From the NCBI GenBank assembly GCA_010093815.1, contig ML996573.1: a DNA stretch of 64,000 nucleotides. The stretch is one strand, 5' to 3'. The position numbers were made by a program, and so were the translations under genes. Within the stretch, counting starts at the first letter, position 1; each line of letters starts with the position of its first letter. This stretch comes from Pseudovirgaria hyperparasitica (Eukaryota). Positions 37,801 through 51,710 of the stretch are shown here, one piece after another. The notes beneath the pieces are model-generated. The model had not been told where the DNA came from. It saw only the letters and a program-made list of their open reading frames with translations, and did no database searches.

Positions 37801-39684
37801 TTGACCGAGGCGGCTCTCGTCAAACGTCGAGCTTTTCGTTTTGGAAAAAGGAAACGAAGGATGGTCCATGATTTCCTTCGGAGATTCGTAAGCCTTGGGG
37901 ATAGCTGGTACTGGAGGAACTTCTTCCTCTTCTTCTGCTCCTGCTGAACTGTGGACATTTCGCCCCTTTGGAGTGGGCAGTCTTGATCCAGCTAGAGCAA
38001 TGCTTGATCGATTTGGCAAATTCGAGGCTCTTAACGAGTTGAAACTTGAGCTAGCGGACAGTGAAAGCCCAGAGGTAACAGACTTCCTGTTTGGATCCGG
38101 CGTTACGCGGGGGGAGGATGGGGTAATGCTCTTTCTGAAAGGAGCCGAGGGAGAGTCAAAGGCTGTTGACAAGTTTTCAGCAGCAAAATCTGGGGGTGTA
38201 GGAGGTTTTTGCTGGGCGGCTGCTGGGTTTGGAAGCATTGAAAGTCGCTTCAGTCGCCGAGCATCCGTCGGACTGATCGTGCGTGCTCCAAGACCACTCG
38301 CATGAGCTGGTAGGGTAGATTGTCTTTTGCTTCCTGAAGACGACGGCGTGTGGTTCGCTTGACCTGGGGACTTGCCAGGGGAACGAGCTGCAGTTGATGG
38401 ATGGTCGGGGGTCATGCTTGCAGCGGTCAAATGTGACGATGATGTCTGCCGTGGGGCAGGCTGCATAGACCTGGCCTTCACATTGCGAGTCCCCGTACTG
38501 AGGCGTGGAGTTTCCGGGCCCGAATTCAGCGAGTTTTGACGTCTTTCAGCCCGTTCAATAGACCCAGAGCGACCTAGAAAGCTTCGTGGAGATTCTGTTC
38601 CCAGTTGCGGCATGTCCTGTCTTCCTCTTGCTTCGAGACTTGTAGTCAAGAGGCCGGGCCCTACTGATTTTCTGGGTGGCTTAGCGGCTGGATTCGTTGG
38701 TGCTGGTGCAGGAAATTGGCTTTGCCGGCGATTTCGCACCGACAACGGCGCACTGGGAGGCCCCATGGCACCTATGCCAGTCTCTGCAGTTGAAGTAGAC
38801 GATACCTGCCGTCGTGCATTGCTTGAACGTCGAACGAGGGACCCACTCCTGCGCACCTGTGTCTCTTGTCCCGCTTGATACCTTCCCATTGCTGTTGTTG
38901 ATGGACCATCATTTGTGCTCTGGGTCTCTTTTGTACTTGCAAATATACTCCTTCCTCCGCCAGGTGCAGGAAACTCGCTCAATTCAGGTTCATATGACGG
39001 AATGGAAAGGCTGGAGTGGAGATCGTCGAAGTTTATAGACGGAAGGAAGTCGTAGGAACTGCTATTGTCGGTACGTTCAGTGTGCTTGTTGACTTCCGCA
39101 GCCTTTCCAAAACTGTATCTTGGGTTGCTCCCTCTCGTTTGAGTAAGTACCGACTCGCTCGTGGATGTAGGAAGGAAGGAACGATTCGCCAGGATTGAGC
39201 TGGTGCTGTCACCACTGATTACTCTATCAGGCTCTGGGTCAGCAGGGTCCTTCTAAACTGATTATTTGAAGACGAGATTGAAAGCAAATTTACCTTCGAG
39301 ACGTCGGTTGGTCAAGCGGACGAGGCCCAAGTGGTGGTTTATGATCGCGTATGGACTGACGACGGGCGGTCATGGTCGGGGGAGGCTTCTGCTGCTCCAT
39401 GCCTGAGTTACTGTTGGAGGGCAAAGCTTGTCTGCGCGAGGGTTTCTGGTTTTCACTGAGTGTTCTTGGGTATTTCCTTCGAGCGGGCCCCTCGCCTGCA
39501 TAACCTGTTAGTTGTTTTTGCACTTCTTCGAGATACACGGGCAGTCTCGAGGCGGCTCAGCTGCAGGTACCGGGACGATGGACGTACCTCCTGAGCCCAC
39601 AGATTCGTCTGTCAACTCTAGCCTTGATAGAGACAGTGTATTCTCCATTGCTCGATGTGGTGAGGATGTAAGGTTTGTTGCCAT
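34895..39684 (-). CDS. DYRK-family dual-specificity kinase (Pom1/Ppk5-like), long disordered N-terminus; 4 introns
   Basis: GYDDDRGDY DH-box, GKGSFGQV, HCDLKPEN, DFGSSC and YTYIQSRFYRSPE. Predicted start MATNLTS 39684; last micro-exon RTR* ends at 34895. Confidence 0.92.
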
Positions 39685-41090
39685 AGCAGTCAGGAGATTG
39701 TTAGGCCGTCATTCGTGAAGGTGCTGCTGGGCGAACGAAGCGTGAGGGAAGGTCTGATTATCGGCGGAACTAGTGCGATTTGTTGATATCCTCCACTGTG
39801 TACCGGTGCGGAGAGCGTCCCCAAGCTCGAGGCTTGGAGTTGACGTTAGGAACGAGCGTGGATCATTTCTTCGCAGAAGGGTAGGAGGCTAAGGTAGTTT
39901 GCGTGCGGTGGTGCGGTTGGGTGCGGTGGGCGCGGGAGCCCCAAACAATCAAACCCAGATCCGACCTAGCTAGGTATAATACTCAACCCTGCGATGCCTT
40001 GTATCAAGGCGAACAACAAGTGTAGTACGAGCAACGGACACACAAATTAGGCTGCGAAGGTATTGAGATGAATCGTGGAAGGGTATTGAGCGATATGGAG
40101 ACGAATTGGAAGGTTTACGAAGAGGAGCCAGTTGAACTATGGCTACCCGTAGACCCGTGAACCCGTGGACGGGCAACAAGTCCAGTATGTAAGCAACTCA
40201 ATTCATCTTCATAGAAACTATGTGGGCAGCAAGGGGCCTTTTTTTACGCCGATACTACCAACCAGAACACACACATCACATCCTTGACCAAATCAATAAC
40301 AATTCAACGCCTTTGCGTTTTGCGAGCGTCACTTTGGCCCAATGCATGGCCCCCCCTTTCTCGCTCCATAGCACCATTCCCTTTACGGTCGTCGTTGGTC
40401 GCCAGGGCAAACCATAAATCGCGAACCGACCCTGGGATCTCTGCCGCACATCTCAGGCTGCCATTCGTTTTGCCCGTAAACATGCCCTGCCCACTGCAGC
40501 CCCCATGGTCATACATACTTGATGCACCTAACAGCTATTACCGGGGGAATGATGCACAAGACAACCGTAGTAGTCTCTTGCTCCAGACTCCTGCATGTCC
40601 GACTGACTGCTCTACTTCTGCCCCCTTTCAAAGGGCCTAGGCGATCACCTACGCGGGGCGCCGAACATGTCCGTTGACCAAAAGTCCCACCTACTAAGGT
40701 GAGTTATCTTCATAGTGACGTGCGACTATTTGATCGAAGCATCTCATCAATTATTGCATCGGCATGTGTTGGAGCTGACTACAACTGTTGTTTATTATTT
40801 ATAATATGTTACGATTTCTGCCTACAAGGTTCTCAATGCTATTATGTGTACACCCGATGCATTCAAGTCGGCTCCTGTCTCGGAGCATTCTGGGCGCAAT
40901 CAAATTGTGCTACGCCGCGAACGCCAACGCCGCCAACACCTCGCCAAAAATCCATAAATAAGATGCTAGACAACCCATAGCTTTTTCCGACGCATCTGAA
41001 TGCACGCGCTAAATGGGTAATGCAAATTTGATCTCAAAATGACACCTCCCAGACGTAAAGAGAATTCGTCTCGCCATGCGTTCATACACT

Positions 41091-43059
41091 TCACTGGCCC
41101 TTCGCTGCTGCGAGGCCATGAGGATGAGTAGTGAGCTTGACGCGGCCAAGCTCATCAACTGGCGGGTAGCGAGCGCGAAGCTCGAGGTCATCAAGAGGTA
41201 GGAATGAGCGAATGTATTTTCCCGTAACGTTCTCCTTGGGCACATAGTCCCAAGATTCAAACGTGCCCTTCTTGAGAGCTTTGAAGCAGAGGCGGCGTTG
41301 GCGCTGGGATGTTAGGGCCTGCTGTTTGATCTGCTGCAGGTTCCATCGATCTTTGGCCTCTCTAGCGAACTCTGCAGCAATTTCTTTGAAGTCTGCGTCC
41401 TCGACCAGATTCTTCAGTTCCAGTGGATCTTCTTTGAGGTTGTATAGCTGCTCCGGATCGTCCTCGCATATGACATACTTCCACGGACCCCGGCGAATCA
41501 TCATGACGGGTGATATGGTACCCTCACCCATGTACTCTCCGATGACCTCATCTCTCACCGGCTGTCCGAGCAGTGCTGGATAGAATGACTGGCCGTCGAC
41601 ATTGTGCACTTCGGAAAGCTTACCACCTACCATGTCCAAAAAGGTCAGCGGGAGATCGAGTGTGGAGACGGACTCGTTGACACGGCGAGGCGAGAACAGT
41701 GGCGGATAGTTGACAATAAGTGGAACTCTGGCGCTATTCTCGAACCACGACATCTTGTACCATAGTCCTCGCTCACCAAGCATGTCTCCATGGTCACCGG
41801 AAAAGACGATGATGGTGTTCTGATCCAAGCGACAATCCTTCAGAATCTTCACGAGCTTTCCGACTTGGTTCTACGGAATGTCAGACACTAGCAAGCAAGG
41901 TTTGGGCGTTATACTCACGTCAACATACGTGCATGATCCAAAGTAGGCACGGCGAGCACGTTTGATAATCTCTGGGTCTACGTCCTTGCCCCATGCATCA
42001 ATGCACTCCAGGATGCGCTTAGAGTGGGGATCCTGCTCGCTTTGCGGAATGTCGACCTTGGGAAGCGGAATGTCAACGCCTTCGTACTGATTGTACAGAT
42101 CGTCCGTAGTAGCGTAGGGGTCATGAGGATGGGTAAGCGACACGGTCAAGAAGAAAGGCCTCTTATCATCGCCATCTCGTACGTGATTGTACAACCATTG
42201 AGAGCTCTGGGCAATGTTAGCTACAATGTTCAAAGAAAGGGAAGTCTCGTAGTCGACAGGGAAGACGGCTGGAGAAGTAAAATAAAAAGCGGTGGAGGCA
42301 AGAACTTGGCACTTGTGTGTGAATTGTGGGTGGGAACACTAACCTTGTACATGACTTCCTCGTCAAAGTCCAATTGGTTTGAACGCACACAAGGTCCGGC
42401 CTGGAAGACAGAGGACATGTTATGATACCTAGTCGCCGATAGTCAGCGAAAAGTACGCTTTTGCAGATGGCGCGGGCCACGTCACAGCCATGTGCTTCGC
42501 ATTGCATGGTGATGGCGCCAAGACGTGGTGGCTAGCTGGGAGCCCGAGGGAGAGCACCATACCATTCTTGCCGTTCTTTGGGCTTGTCCCAGTTGACGGC
42601 CCATCCAAAGTCGCCTGGATAGATATCTGGAGTGAGGCGCGATTCATATCCGTGCAATTGGTCAGCTCCGATGAAGTGCATCTTCCCGGCCAGCACCGTC
42701 TCGTAGCCCTCTTCGCGCAGGAAGTGTGCAAAGGTCGGGATATCTGAGCCCAGGTGGGAAGCGTTGTCGTAAGCTCCAATCTTGGAGGGCAATTGCCCCG
42801 AAACCAGAGAGAATCTCGAGGGACCACACAAGGGAGAATTGCAATAAGCATTATTGAATACCACACCCGTCTCTGCAAGCCTGTCGATATTTGGCGTCTG
42901 AATGACGGAGCTAGGATCATGGATCTTGAGCATTGGCGCAGACATCTGGTCGCCCATGATGAAGAGAATGTTTGGCTTCACTGCTTCGGTGTGTTCCCTT
43001 GGAAGATAGCCGGTCTGTCCATTTGGAGGCGTGTCTGGCAGTTCAGCATGTGGTGCCAT
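41091..43059 (-). CDS. choline sulfatase (BetC-like, formylglycine type); 3 introns
   Basis: PNILFIMGDQ, NAYCNSPLCGPSR (CxPxR), GKMHFIGADQLHG, THPHDPY and GDHGDMLGERGLWYKM motifs. Confidence 0.93.
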
Positions 43060-44374
43060 GTCTGCAGAGAGAAGGTAGACTTGGAAGTAGACGAAAGATG
43101 AGGAATCTGCAGACGAAGATGCAAGGTAGAGAGGTAGTAGAAAGGTAGAAGCAGCAGAAGCAAAGAAAGAAATCTGACCAGACTTGCGAAAAGGTGTGGG
43201 AGGGCAGTGAGTTGGTTTATAAAGAAGTGAGCAGCAGGAGATGGATCAAGTGGTCTCACGAGCAGGGTGGCCAATGAGATGAGCGCCGGATACGTAGCGA
43301 GATGGCCGGATTCTCCTCCACAAAAGGGTCTTCTGATTAGTTACCTATCATATTTATTATCAGATCAAAGAGAGTTTGATATGACTAGCCTGGCAGAATA
43401 AAAGCGATGCACACACATTACAGAGAGGTCCAGAAATGCAGGAACGCGCCTTTGCAGTGATTAAAGATTGAATATTGGATGGTCGTTCACAGTGGTCGTC
43501 GTGGTCGCGTGCGCCGGGCGGTGAGGGAGAGCGAGAGAGATCTTGGCGTAGAGTCAAAGTCAACCAGCTTTTCTGACGGAAGCAGCACTCTGGATTGCGT
43601 GATCCTACGCTTAGCACGACGACCTCCTCACTCCTCACTACTCCTCTTTATTACTACCCAGTCCTTACGTTCACTACGTTATGATGATTGCTGTGTGTGA
43701 CAGTAGACTCATGCATCCGTCTCAGCATACAGCATCTTCTCTGCCATCGTCCGTCCGACGTCGTGATGATACACAAGACAGAGCATGCTCCAGCCAGCCC
43801 CTGCCCGCCTAGACGTCGACGTCCAACCACGGTCATCTGTTCCGTCGCAAGGATCCACCCCCGTTTGCATTGACGACCAGTGACATGCCCATCTCACTCT
43901 GTGGCTTGCCTGTTTTGGGTTCAAGCGCTGTGCCTCCGATGCTTAAACCAGCCGCATTGCTACATCTTGCACATCTCTTCATGTGGTGCAGAGGCTTTCC
44001 TATCTTGTAAAGAAGACGAGAAAGGGATTATCTACTGGTGCTGGGTAGTACAGCTCCATGTCTTTAGACTGGCTAGCATTGTCGTTATCGAAGATGCCCT
44101 CGGCACATCGTCGTGCCAAGACAGCCACATTCAGCAGCGCCGAAAACGCTTGGGCGTCGGTCACGAGACCCCATCAACTCCTAAATTGATACACTGATAT
44201 TTCAGATAATCACTTTAGGACAGCAGCCACAGCCATGATGATCTTTTGTGTCCATGCTTCCAACGTGCACATCGCCACATGAGCCAAGCTGCGGCCCACG
44301 CTCCACACCGCAACTTCCGGTATGCATCCTTTATGCTTTCCAACACCATGCCAAGACCCTCGCAAGCATCTCCA

Positions 44375-45385
44375 TCACACTTGATCTTGATTTCTCCGTC
44401 TCCAATACATACACAACCCCTCCAACCCATCCTCCTCAAATCTCACAAGCCTCTCCCTCTCCCTCATCCGCCCATACCTCTCCATATCCACATTCAACCC
44501 CTCCCACTCCCCCTTGCTCCCCTCCTCCCCAATCCGCACCTCACACAACCGCCCAAACGCCTCGAGAAAATCCACATGCACTGACAACACCGGATTCGCC
44601 GGAACAAGCACTCTCCGCACCAGTAACTCCGCCTCCATGAACGGCGCATACACAAACGATGCTGGCCCAGCCTGGCCAAACGCCGTATTGTCCCGGCACG
44701 CCGTGATGCCGAGACTGTGTAGGAAGGCAATGTCTACGGAAGTGTAGTCAGGTTCTTGAGCGTACATGCGTGTGAGTGGGATGTTGTGGGTGCGTACTGT
44801 GTTTGTAGAGGGGCGTTGGTTAGCATAGCATTGCAGATCCACACCACCACGAAGACCGTGAAATAAGAAAAGAAGAGAAAGACGGGGAAGGAGAGACGAA
44901 CAGATGTCAATAATCTCGACAAACAGCAGAACCTGCCACATCGCCCTCCGCCGCGCCCTCGCATCCCACCCTACCCGCTCCGCACTCAAACTCCCCGTCG
45001 CAAAACACACTGCACTCTCCACCCTCATCCCATCTCCATTTACACCCTCATCCCCACCCAAAGCCTTCCCTAAACACCGCCTCAACCCCGCAACCCAATC
45101 CCTCCACGCCCTCCCCGCTCTCAACTCCCCAAACAACCCCTTCAGCACATCAACACTGACATCCGCGCACAGCCAGCGATCAACGTCATCACCCTGAGAT
45201 AAGTCTCGCGGGGCATGCGCAGCCTGGATCTGAGATAGAGCGCGCGCGGAGAGGTGGGCGGTTGGGGTGCGTGTCACGGTTGACCAGCCGTCTGCGGTGG
45301 CGTGGGTGCGGAGGCGGGAGTTTTGGTGGTGTTTTGGTTTTGGTTTTGGTTTGTGGTGTGGGTAGTCTGGGTTTGGAGTCGGCAT
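44375..45385 (-). CDS. SRR1 (sensitivity to red light reduced)-like domain protein; 1 intron
   Basis: DGWSTV, AVCFATGSL, AMWQ, YAQEPDYTSVDIAFLHSLGI, FVYAPF and FEEDGLEGLCMYW motifs. Confidence 0.75.
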   Translation of the reverse strand: MPTPNPDYPHHKPKPKPKHHQNSRLRTHATADGWSTVTRTPTAHLSARALSQIQAAHAPRDLSQGDDVDRWLCADVSVDVLKGLFGELRAGRAWRDWVAGLRRCLGKALGGDEGVNGDGMRVESAVCFATGSLSAERVGWDARARRRAMWQVLLFVEIIDICSSLLPRLSLLFLFHGLRGGVDLQCYANQRPSTNTVRTHNIPLTRMYAQEPDYTSVDIAFLHSLGITACRDNTAFGQAGPASFVYAPFMEAELLVRRVLVPANPVLSVHVDFLEAFGRLCEVRIGEEGSKGEWEGLNVDMERYGRMRERERLVRFEEDGLEGLCMYWRRRNQDQV

Positions 45386-46429
45386 TTTTTTTTCTCTCTC
45401 TCTCTCTTATTTTTGAAGTTTTGCGGGGGAGAGCTGGGGGCGTGTGGTTGAGTATGGTGGATTGAATAATGGGCGGAATGGATGATGGTATGTAGAAAGA
45501 CGTGTTGCACAGCGTTTTCTTTGATTTCTAGAGTGACGCAGTTAAATAGAGAGGGTGTTAATTCTGAAGTGCGCCGTGGCGTCAAGGTTGGTTGTTTGTG
45601 GAATGTCGATAGATGGTTGGATGGGATGCGGAACCTTGACAGGTGTGGGGTAGCGTGGGGACTGAGATGGATAGATGACACAGATCCATAAGATGCAGGT
45701 GGACTCGGGCCTGTACCTACATTCCGGACGGAGATGATTCCGAGATCTGAGTTAGAGCTATCGACAAAGACAGAGCAGCAAGCGTAAGGACACTCTATGC
45801 ATATGCTACAGTGTATACTGTTGTTTGCAAGCTCACAATTCACCACAATTGATAACCAAGCAGACATTCGTGTCTTCTGCCAGGGTCCAACATAGCTCCA
45901 TTTCCCATGGAAGCACAAGTGCGTGTGCGGCATGCGCGTGCAAACCAAGGGTACTAAGGTAGCACTATCGACACACATGCACACACACACAAGTCTAGCA
46001 CAGTCGCACACGACGTATACATTGTTTAACGTTGTTATTCTGAGCTGACTGTTCATAATATAGTGTCCGGAATCCGTCTTCACTCAATTACATTCGGTGT
46101 GGCCCAAGACCGTAATCAGCGTCAAACTCCTGCCTATCATGCGTCGTACATCGCAGGCCCAGACGAAGGGGATGCGTCAAGTCTCTCCTCTAATCCAATC
46201 GCCGAGCGCCAAGCTTTGTACATAAAAGTGGGTATGCAGTGGTATATCAAAAAGGGAATGGATGGTTGCGGGACTGCGTTCTCCGCGTGATTTGCGCCCG
46301 GCGGAGATGATCCGCTTAAAAGAGTGCTCGCTAGAGCGTCAGAGGAGGTGGCGGCGTAGTATCGTGAGATCGGTAGATGAGGTATCTCTAATATGACAAG
46401 TATAGGCATCTTGACAAGCCTGTCGATGC

Positions 46430-47289
46430 TTATAACCAGAAGGCCGCTAGCGCAATAGTTAGGACGGTAGGGACGATGGTCGGTATGTGCAACGTAAAGG
46501 CTGATGAATCGAGGCTGGTGGTTGTGAAGACCATGTCGAACTTGATCTCCGTGCCGGGTTCCGTTGAGTTGCGGCAGTTGGTCTCGTTGACCTCTGGTAC
46601 GTTCTCGGGCTCGTCAAATGTAATGTCTACGCACTGTAGTTGGAAAATTAGTCTACAGCGTTCACTCTCGCAGGTTTCGGAAACAGCTTACATTGTACAG
46701 CGCAGCGCCGTGCTGTGCAGTCTCGATGATCTGAATGGTCGCATTGTCGCCGGCCCTCACGGTGATGTTTGCAGGCAGCGGTACTTGTGGCAGACAGAAC
46801 TCGCCCTTGTACATGGTGTTTGCTGGTCCGAGAATCTCAAACACAGGCACCATGGGATGTGACATGTTCTGTGGTTCTGTGCCCAGCCCGAGGTTGATGT
46901 AAAAGAATGCCTTTGAGTGACCCTGGAACCATCCAGGCTGGACGCCGACTGCGCCTCCTCCAATAGGCCATTTCGTTCGGTTTGTTGATGTCGGCATGCC
47001 ACCGCCTATACACTCTATCAGCGTCTGCTGCGTATCGGAAGACTGGATGTTACTCACATGGATATATCCATTGCATGCCATATGGAAATGTGGGGCCAGA
47101 GCCGTTCGTTCCAGGATTGACACTCAATGCTCCGGTCGGTATGTTGTTTATTCCGAGACTATCCTGACCATCTGTACCATTTGTGTGCAGATTGTTTCCT
47201 CTCCATCCGGGGTAGGTGATTACGGTGTGTGCGGCGACCACCGACCAGCAGGCAGCCGAGGCGATAAGGGTTGAGATGACGGACGGCAT
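46430..47289 (-). CDS. GPI-anchored BIM1-like (LPMO-like X325) copper-binding protein; 2 introns
   Basis: Signal peptide followed by His1 (VAA|HTVITYPGWRG), YPCGG, NRTKWP, FCLPQVPLP, NATIQ, GAALYN|CVDITF and a hydrophobic C-terminal GPI-type tail. Confidence 0.8.
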
Positions 47290-48739
47290 CGTGAGACGGC
47301 GGGAGATGGATTCGCAGTGGAGATGATACACAAGCAAACAGGAGGTCTGGTCTCAGTCAAGGACAGACAATCTCAGACACTTTGCAGTATGTTCAAATAA
47401 GGTCGCGAGCTCGAAGGAAAGGAACGGACGGGGCGGGGAGGCGAAGCAGAGCACTTAAGGATGGGCGTCTGCGAAAGAATGCAGGCGATATTCGTCCAAC
47501 GGACGTGCAGCGAATGGCGATGCATAGTTTTGCTGTGCCTTGCGAGCGAGAGTCGAGGCTGGATCATCCGAGGGCCTGATCAGGGATAGAAGATGCAGTG
47601 TTTTGAGGGTGGATGCGAGGATGTAGCGAATGGCCGCGAGGAATGGACCGCTGGCTGATGCTAGCACTGCAGCTTTCCTGCTTAGCCGCCGGGGACATCT
47701 TGGGGAAGTCAGCCAGTGAGGGAGCTCATTGGCGTGATGAGCTGTGATGGGCGTGCGGGAGATCTAACCTACTGCACTGTACTTACAGGTGTATACCCAG
47801 CCTAGGTAGGTAATTAGGCTGTCAATGGCCGCCCGTCAATTGCTGCCAATGCCCCCGTCCTAGGCTAACCACCCCCCAAAATGTAAGCGTAAGCCTTAAG
47901 GTCGGTAGGCAGCCCACTTAAACAAACCCCCCGCCCCGCCTTCGCCCAGGGTCCCTCCATCACAAGGCAACGCCGCACACTGTTGACTCTATGGGTCTAC
48001 AGTAGACGTGGTGAGTGATACTGCTCTCGAGGACCAATCAGCTTCCTCGTCTGCTCGTGCCACAACACTAGTATGCACATCTGCCAGGCCCTTCCACGCT
48101 CCTCTAAGCGCCCGGCACCACTCTTCTCTGAGATAGATACACGGCACCTAGAGGTAACACGATGCACGAACTTCCCGGAGAACTGTTTCGCGAAGCCGCA
48201 GACGCGCGCTCAGTCGAGTGTGAATGCTCTACCTTTATCGCCATGCGGTTGTGCTTGAAACAAACATCGCTCGTCATTCGTTACTCTATGCATCCTCGAC
48301 CTCCCACCACAAGCGTGCGGATGATCCGTCTGTATGCACTCCAGCGTAGTATCACGCAAGCGCCAACGTGGAGCCTCTTGGCATGTGTTCGTTCTATGTG
48401 TAAGGTTGCGAACAACTCCATGCTTGTAGAATAGAAGCTTCATACATCCCCACAGTGACAAATCTAGCAACCTAGCATATTACGCGGAGACAGTCGCAAC
48501 TGCCAGCCTGGAGGGGAATGTGTCGAGGCTTATGTAATCTGCACTCTCACCTACTGCTAAGTAGGTAGTCAACAAGATAGACACTATGACAGTCCTGTTG
48601 CCTGATCAGGCCAGAGCAGGAGCCCCGGTTCAATTGATACACCGTCCCTCATATTTCTACACATTCGCTCATCCCGATAACAATGCACCCTGTAGACGAA
48701 CGCCGCTCCGAATGCCAGTATATGTCTCTAGAGTACCTT

Positions 48740-51421
48740 TTACAATGACTGCATGCTCAGTCGACTCAAACGATTCGCTGTCGCCTCCACAAGAGCTGAT
48801 TCACGTTCCAGCATTTCCATTACCTGGTTGACCTTCTGCTTCTTCAGAGGAGAAGGTATATTATCCTGCGCGACCGGTGCGCTCGCCTCCTTCTTGCTGA
48901 TGATGTCTTTGGCGTCTGATCGGAGTCCTTCTTGTAGTCGCCTCAACTGTTCCAGTCTCCTCCATACTGGCATGTCTCCACTTTGGCTGTCGGCCTGCGA
49001 ATCTGGATTCAAGGAACTATTCAGTTCTTCGACTTCTTCCGCGAAAGACCTTTCCGCAGTGCTCATTTCCCGCCCGCCAGCTCGCGACAGCTTGCTCTTG
49101 ATGGCTTGGTATCTTGCGGAAAGCTGTTCCTGTCTGGCATTGACCTCGCTGAGGCGCTTTTCCACCTTCGTATTCCCATCTACCACCAGATCCTGTCCCT
49201 CATCTTCACCCGTGACTTGGTCTATGCGGTGTGCTAGCTCGCTTACCCGTCGCAGCTGATCTTTGAACTCATCTTGCAGACGCTCACATCGTCGAAATAG
49301 GTCGGCCGCAGCAATGCCCAGCTGATGGGTCTCCGCACTAAGAAGCCGATGTAAGCCTGTAAGAACATCCAAAGAAGCTGGTGCTAACTTGATCTCTTCT
49401 GCAAAGGCTCGCTTCTGTCTAGTCGGTACAGTTTTGCCGTAATATTTAACAAGTTCAGATTCTTTCCAGAATGCTACAGGTGGCTGATATGGCAACCGCG
49501 GCTCCGAGGTTGGCATCAATGGCTCTTCACACATCTGAGACCATTCAATCATCCTAGATTCCGAGTGAAGCTCATACTCGGGTATATCCAAAGTCGCGGC
49601 AAATGGTTGGTGGTCAGCCGAGAACAAGACAAAGTATCCAATATCCGAGTCCTCGAGAACTATGCAGCACGATACCTGCTCAGAATGTTGCTCAGCTACT
49701 GGAAGCTGTATAATACTTTCTGACAGTGTACGACTCCCCTCGAGGAGCACGTCCATACGAAATTCTGCGCCTTCTCTCTCAGCTACACTCAACTCTGTCG
49801 ATACTTTCTCGATCCATTTAGACAGAGATATGTAATAGACCCCTTGTTGGTGTGTCACAAATACTGCGTGCTGTGATCGCACATCCGGTGTGAAGGGTAT
49901 CCATACATTTTCGCCATGTCCTTTTGGTAAGGCGATGCTGTCAACGACTAGAAGCGCCAAGTCATCTCCTTCTTCGATAGTACGTGTGTCGGTACGACTA
50001 GGTAGCCACTGAGCCTCAACTCCGTTCAGATCCAAGCAGCAATGTACAATGCCAGACGTAGTAGACAGGAGTATGAGAGATCCTTCAACATCCTCATCCT
50101 CAGAATCGAACTCATCCTCATCTTCTTTCAACAGATCTTCCTTCGTCTCTTTCAATGGTGTCACGAATATGTCGCAAACATCTGCCTCGCCTTCAATCTC
50201 GATCTCGGGCATGATTTCGAAAGGTCCTTGTAATCTGGGGATGGCTGGAGTCTTGGTGGGTCGCTGATATACTTCGGCTGGACGTGCTAAGGATTCCCCA
50301 CCGAGCGACGTTGGAATCTGACTCGTGACTTCCGTAAGCCACTTTCTCTGCGCTTCCGCCCTCTTGGGATTTGCGTCGGAAGAGTTCCTGGTCGATAGAT
50401 GGCACTTCGCCGCTATGCCGGCCCCCAGTTCTCCAAACGGGTCGGTCTGGGACAGGGGGACCTCAACTTGCCATCGTTTAGGTAACAACGGGCAGAGAGC
50501 ATAGACGTCACCTCCCGTGGTAGCAATCCAGAGAGTCATCGAGGACCAATCGCAGGCCGCCCTTGATTTAGATGGTGACCCAAAACAGGCTGCAGCAACC
50601 TGAAGCTCAGCCATGTCAGGGGAGAAAGCTTTGCCGGAGCCATAAACGGAGGCCCTCAGATCAGCATCCGCGCTTGTAGCGTTTGCTAGCTTTTGCAGGT
50701 TGATCGCAAGTGTGGGTTCGCTGAAGCTTGAGCGATCGTCTTTGTCCAGCTCCCACATTCTGATGGAACCGTCTTCTGTGATTGTGACCAAGCATTTGCC
50801 TTGTACGCCAAGAGGGTGCCATTTTATGGAGGCCACAGGTGACTGTTCCAACACATGCGCTGTGGGACCCAGCTGAAATGTCTTCAGCTTTAATGGTGTC
50901 GTATCTGGGGTACCTAGGTGACTTGAGTCGGGAAGAATCGCAATATGGACTGTATGGGAGGTCGTAATCGCCATGTAATCGTTATGAGGTGAGATAGCCA
51001 GCTCTGTCACATTGCCAGAGAAAGGTAGCCTGAGGGTCTTGGACTATGTTAGTGAACGCTCAAGGCAGAGCAGGAAGAGCAGTATAAATACCCGAACGTA
51101 ACTCGAATCATTCGGTGCTGTTACCGAATTATCGCGGGACCGGCTTCTGCTGTGTATGCTTGAGGATCGACCAAAATCCAGAGGTCTGTTGCTTTCCGAG
51201 AGGAGAACGAGATCTGACCATCGAATCTCGCTATCTGTAGCTACAAATATTTCTGATCCACGATACGCTATGGTTCGTTGTGGTCTTCCTTTTGCGATCC
51301 CTTTAGATAATGCGCCAGCAGCCCGTTTTCCAGCAGGCGTTGTCTTAGAGCTCGAAAAGAGCTCATAGCCAGGTTGCGACCGACTCAGCCACGAGGGTGT
51401 ATAGCTCAGTATTCGAGGCAT
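48740..51421 (-). CDS. NUP82: nucleoporin Nup82; 1 intron
   Basis: MPRILSYTPSWLSR, EIRWSDL, FQLGPTAHVLEQSPV..WHPLG, GDVYALCPLLP and a C-terminal coiled coil. Confidence 0.9.
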
Positions 51422-51710
51422 CCTGATACAGTATCTTCAAGCTTTAAAAATCTACTGTGAAATAGAAGGCTCGAAGGTGGTCCACGGTACTTGGCGGGTG
51501 ACAGCGCGCAGTAAACACAAACTGGTAGCAACAAGCTGCGCGCTGGTGAAGCTAGCGCTAAAATTTCGGGACTAAACACAGCTTCACCTGGCCCTACAGA
51601 AAGAGCTTCGAATTCCTGCTACCTAGCAAAATCGAGCTTGATTTGGAAGAGAAACAACGTGTACTCTGAACAACATTTAATACGTCTACCCGGAAGCCTT
51701 TCGAACAATC

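Noticed and set aside
45274..46083. 269-codon minus-strand ORF upstream of the SRR1-like gene
   Set aside because: Non-protein-like composition; runs through low-complexity promoter DNA.
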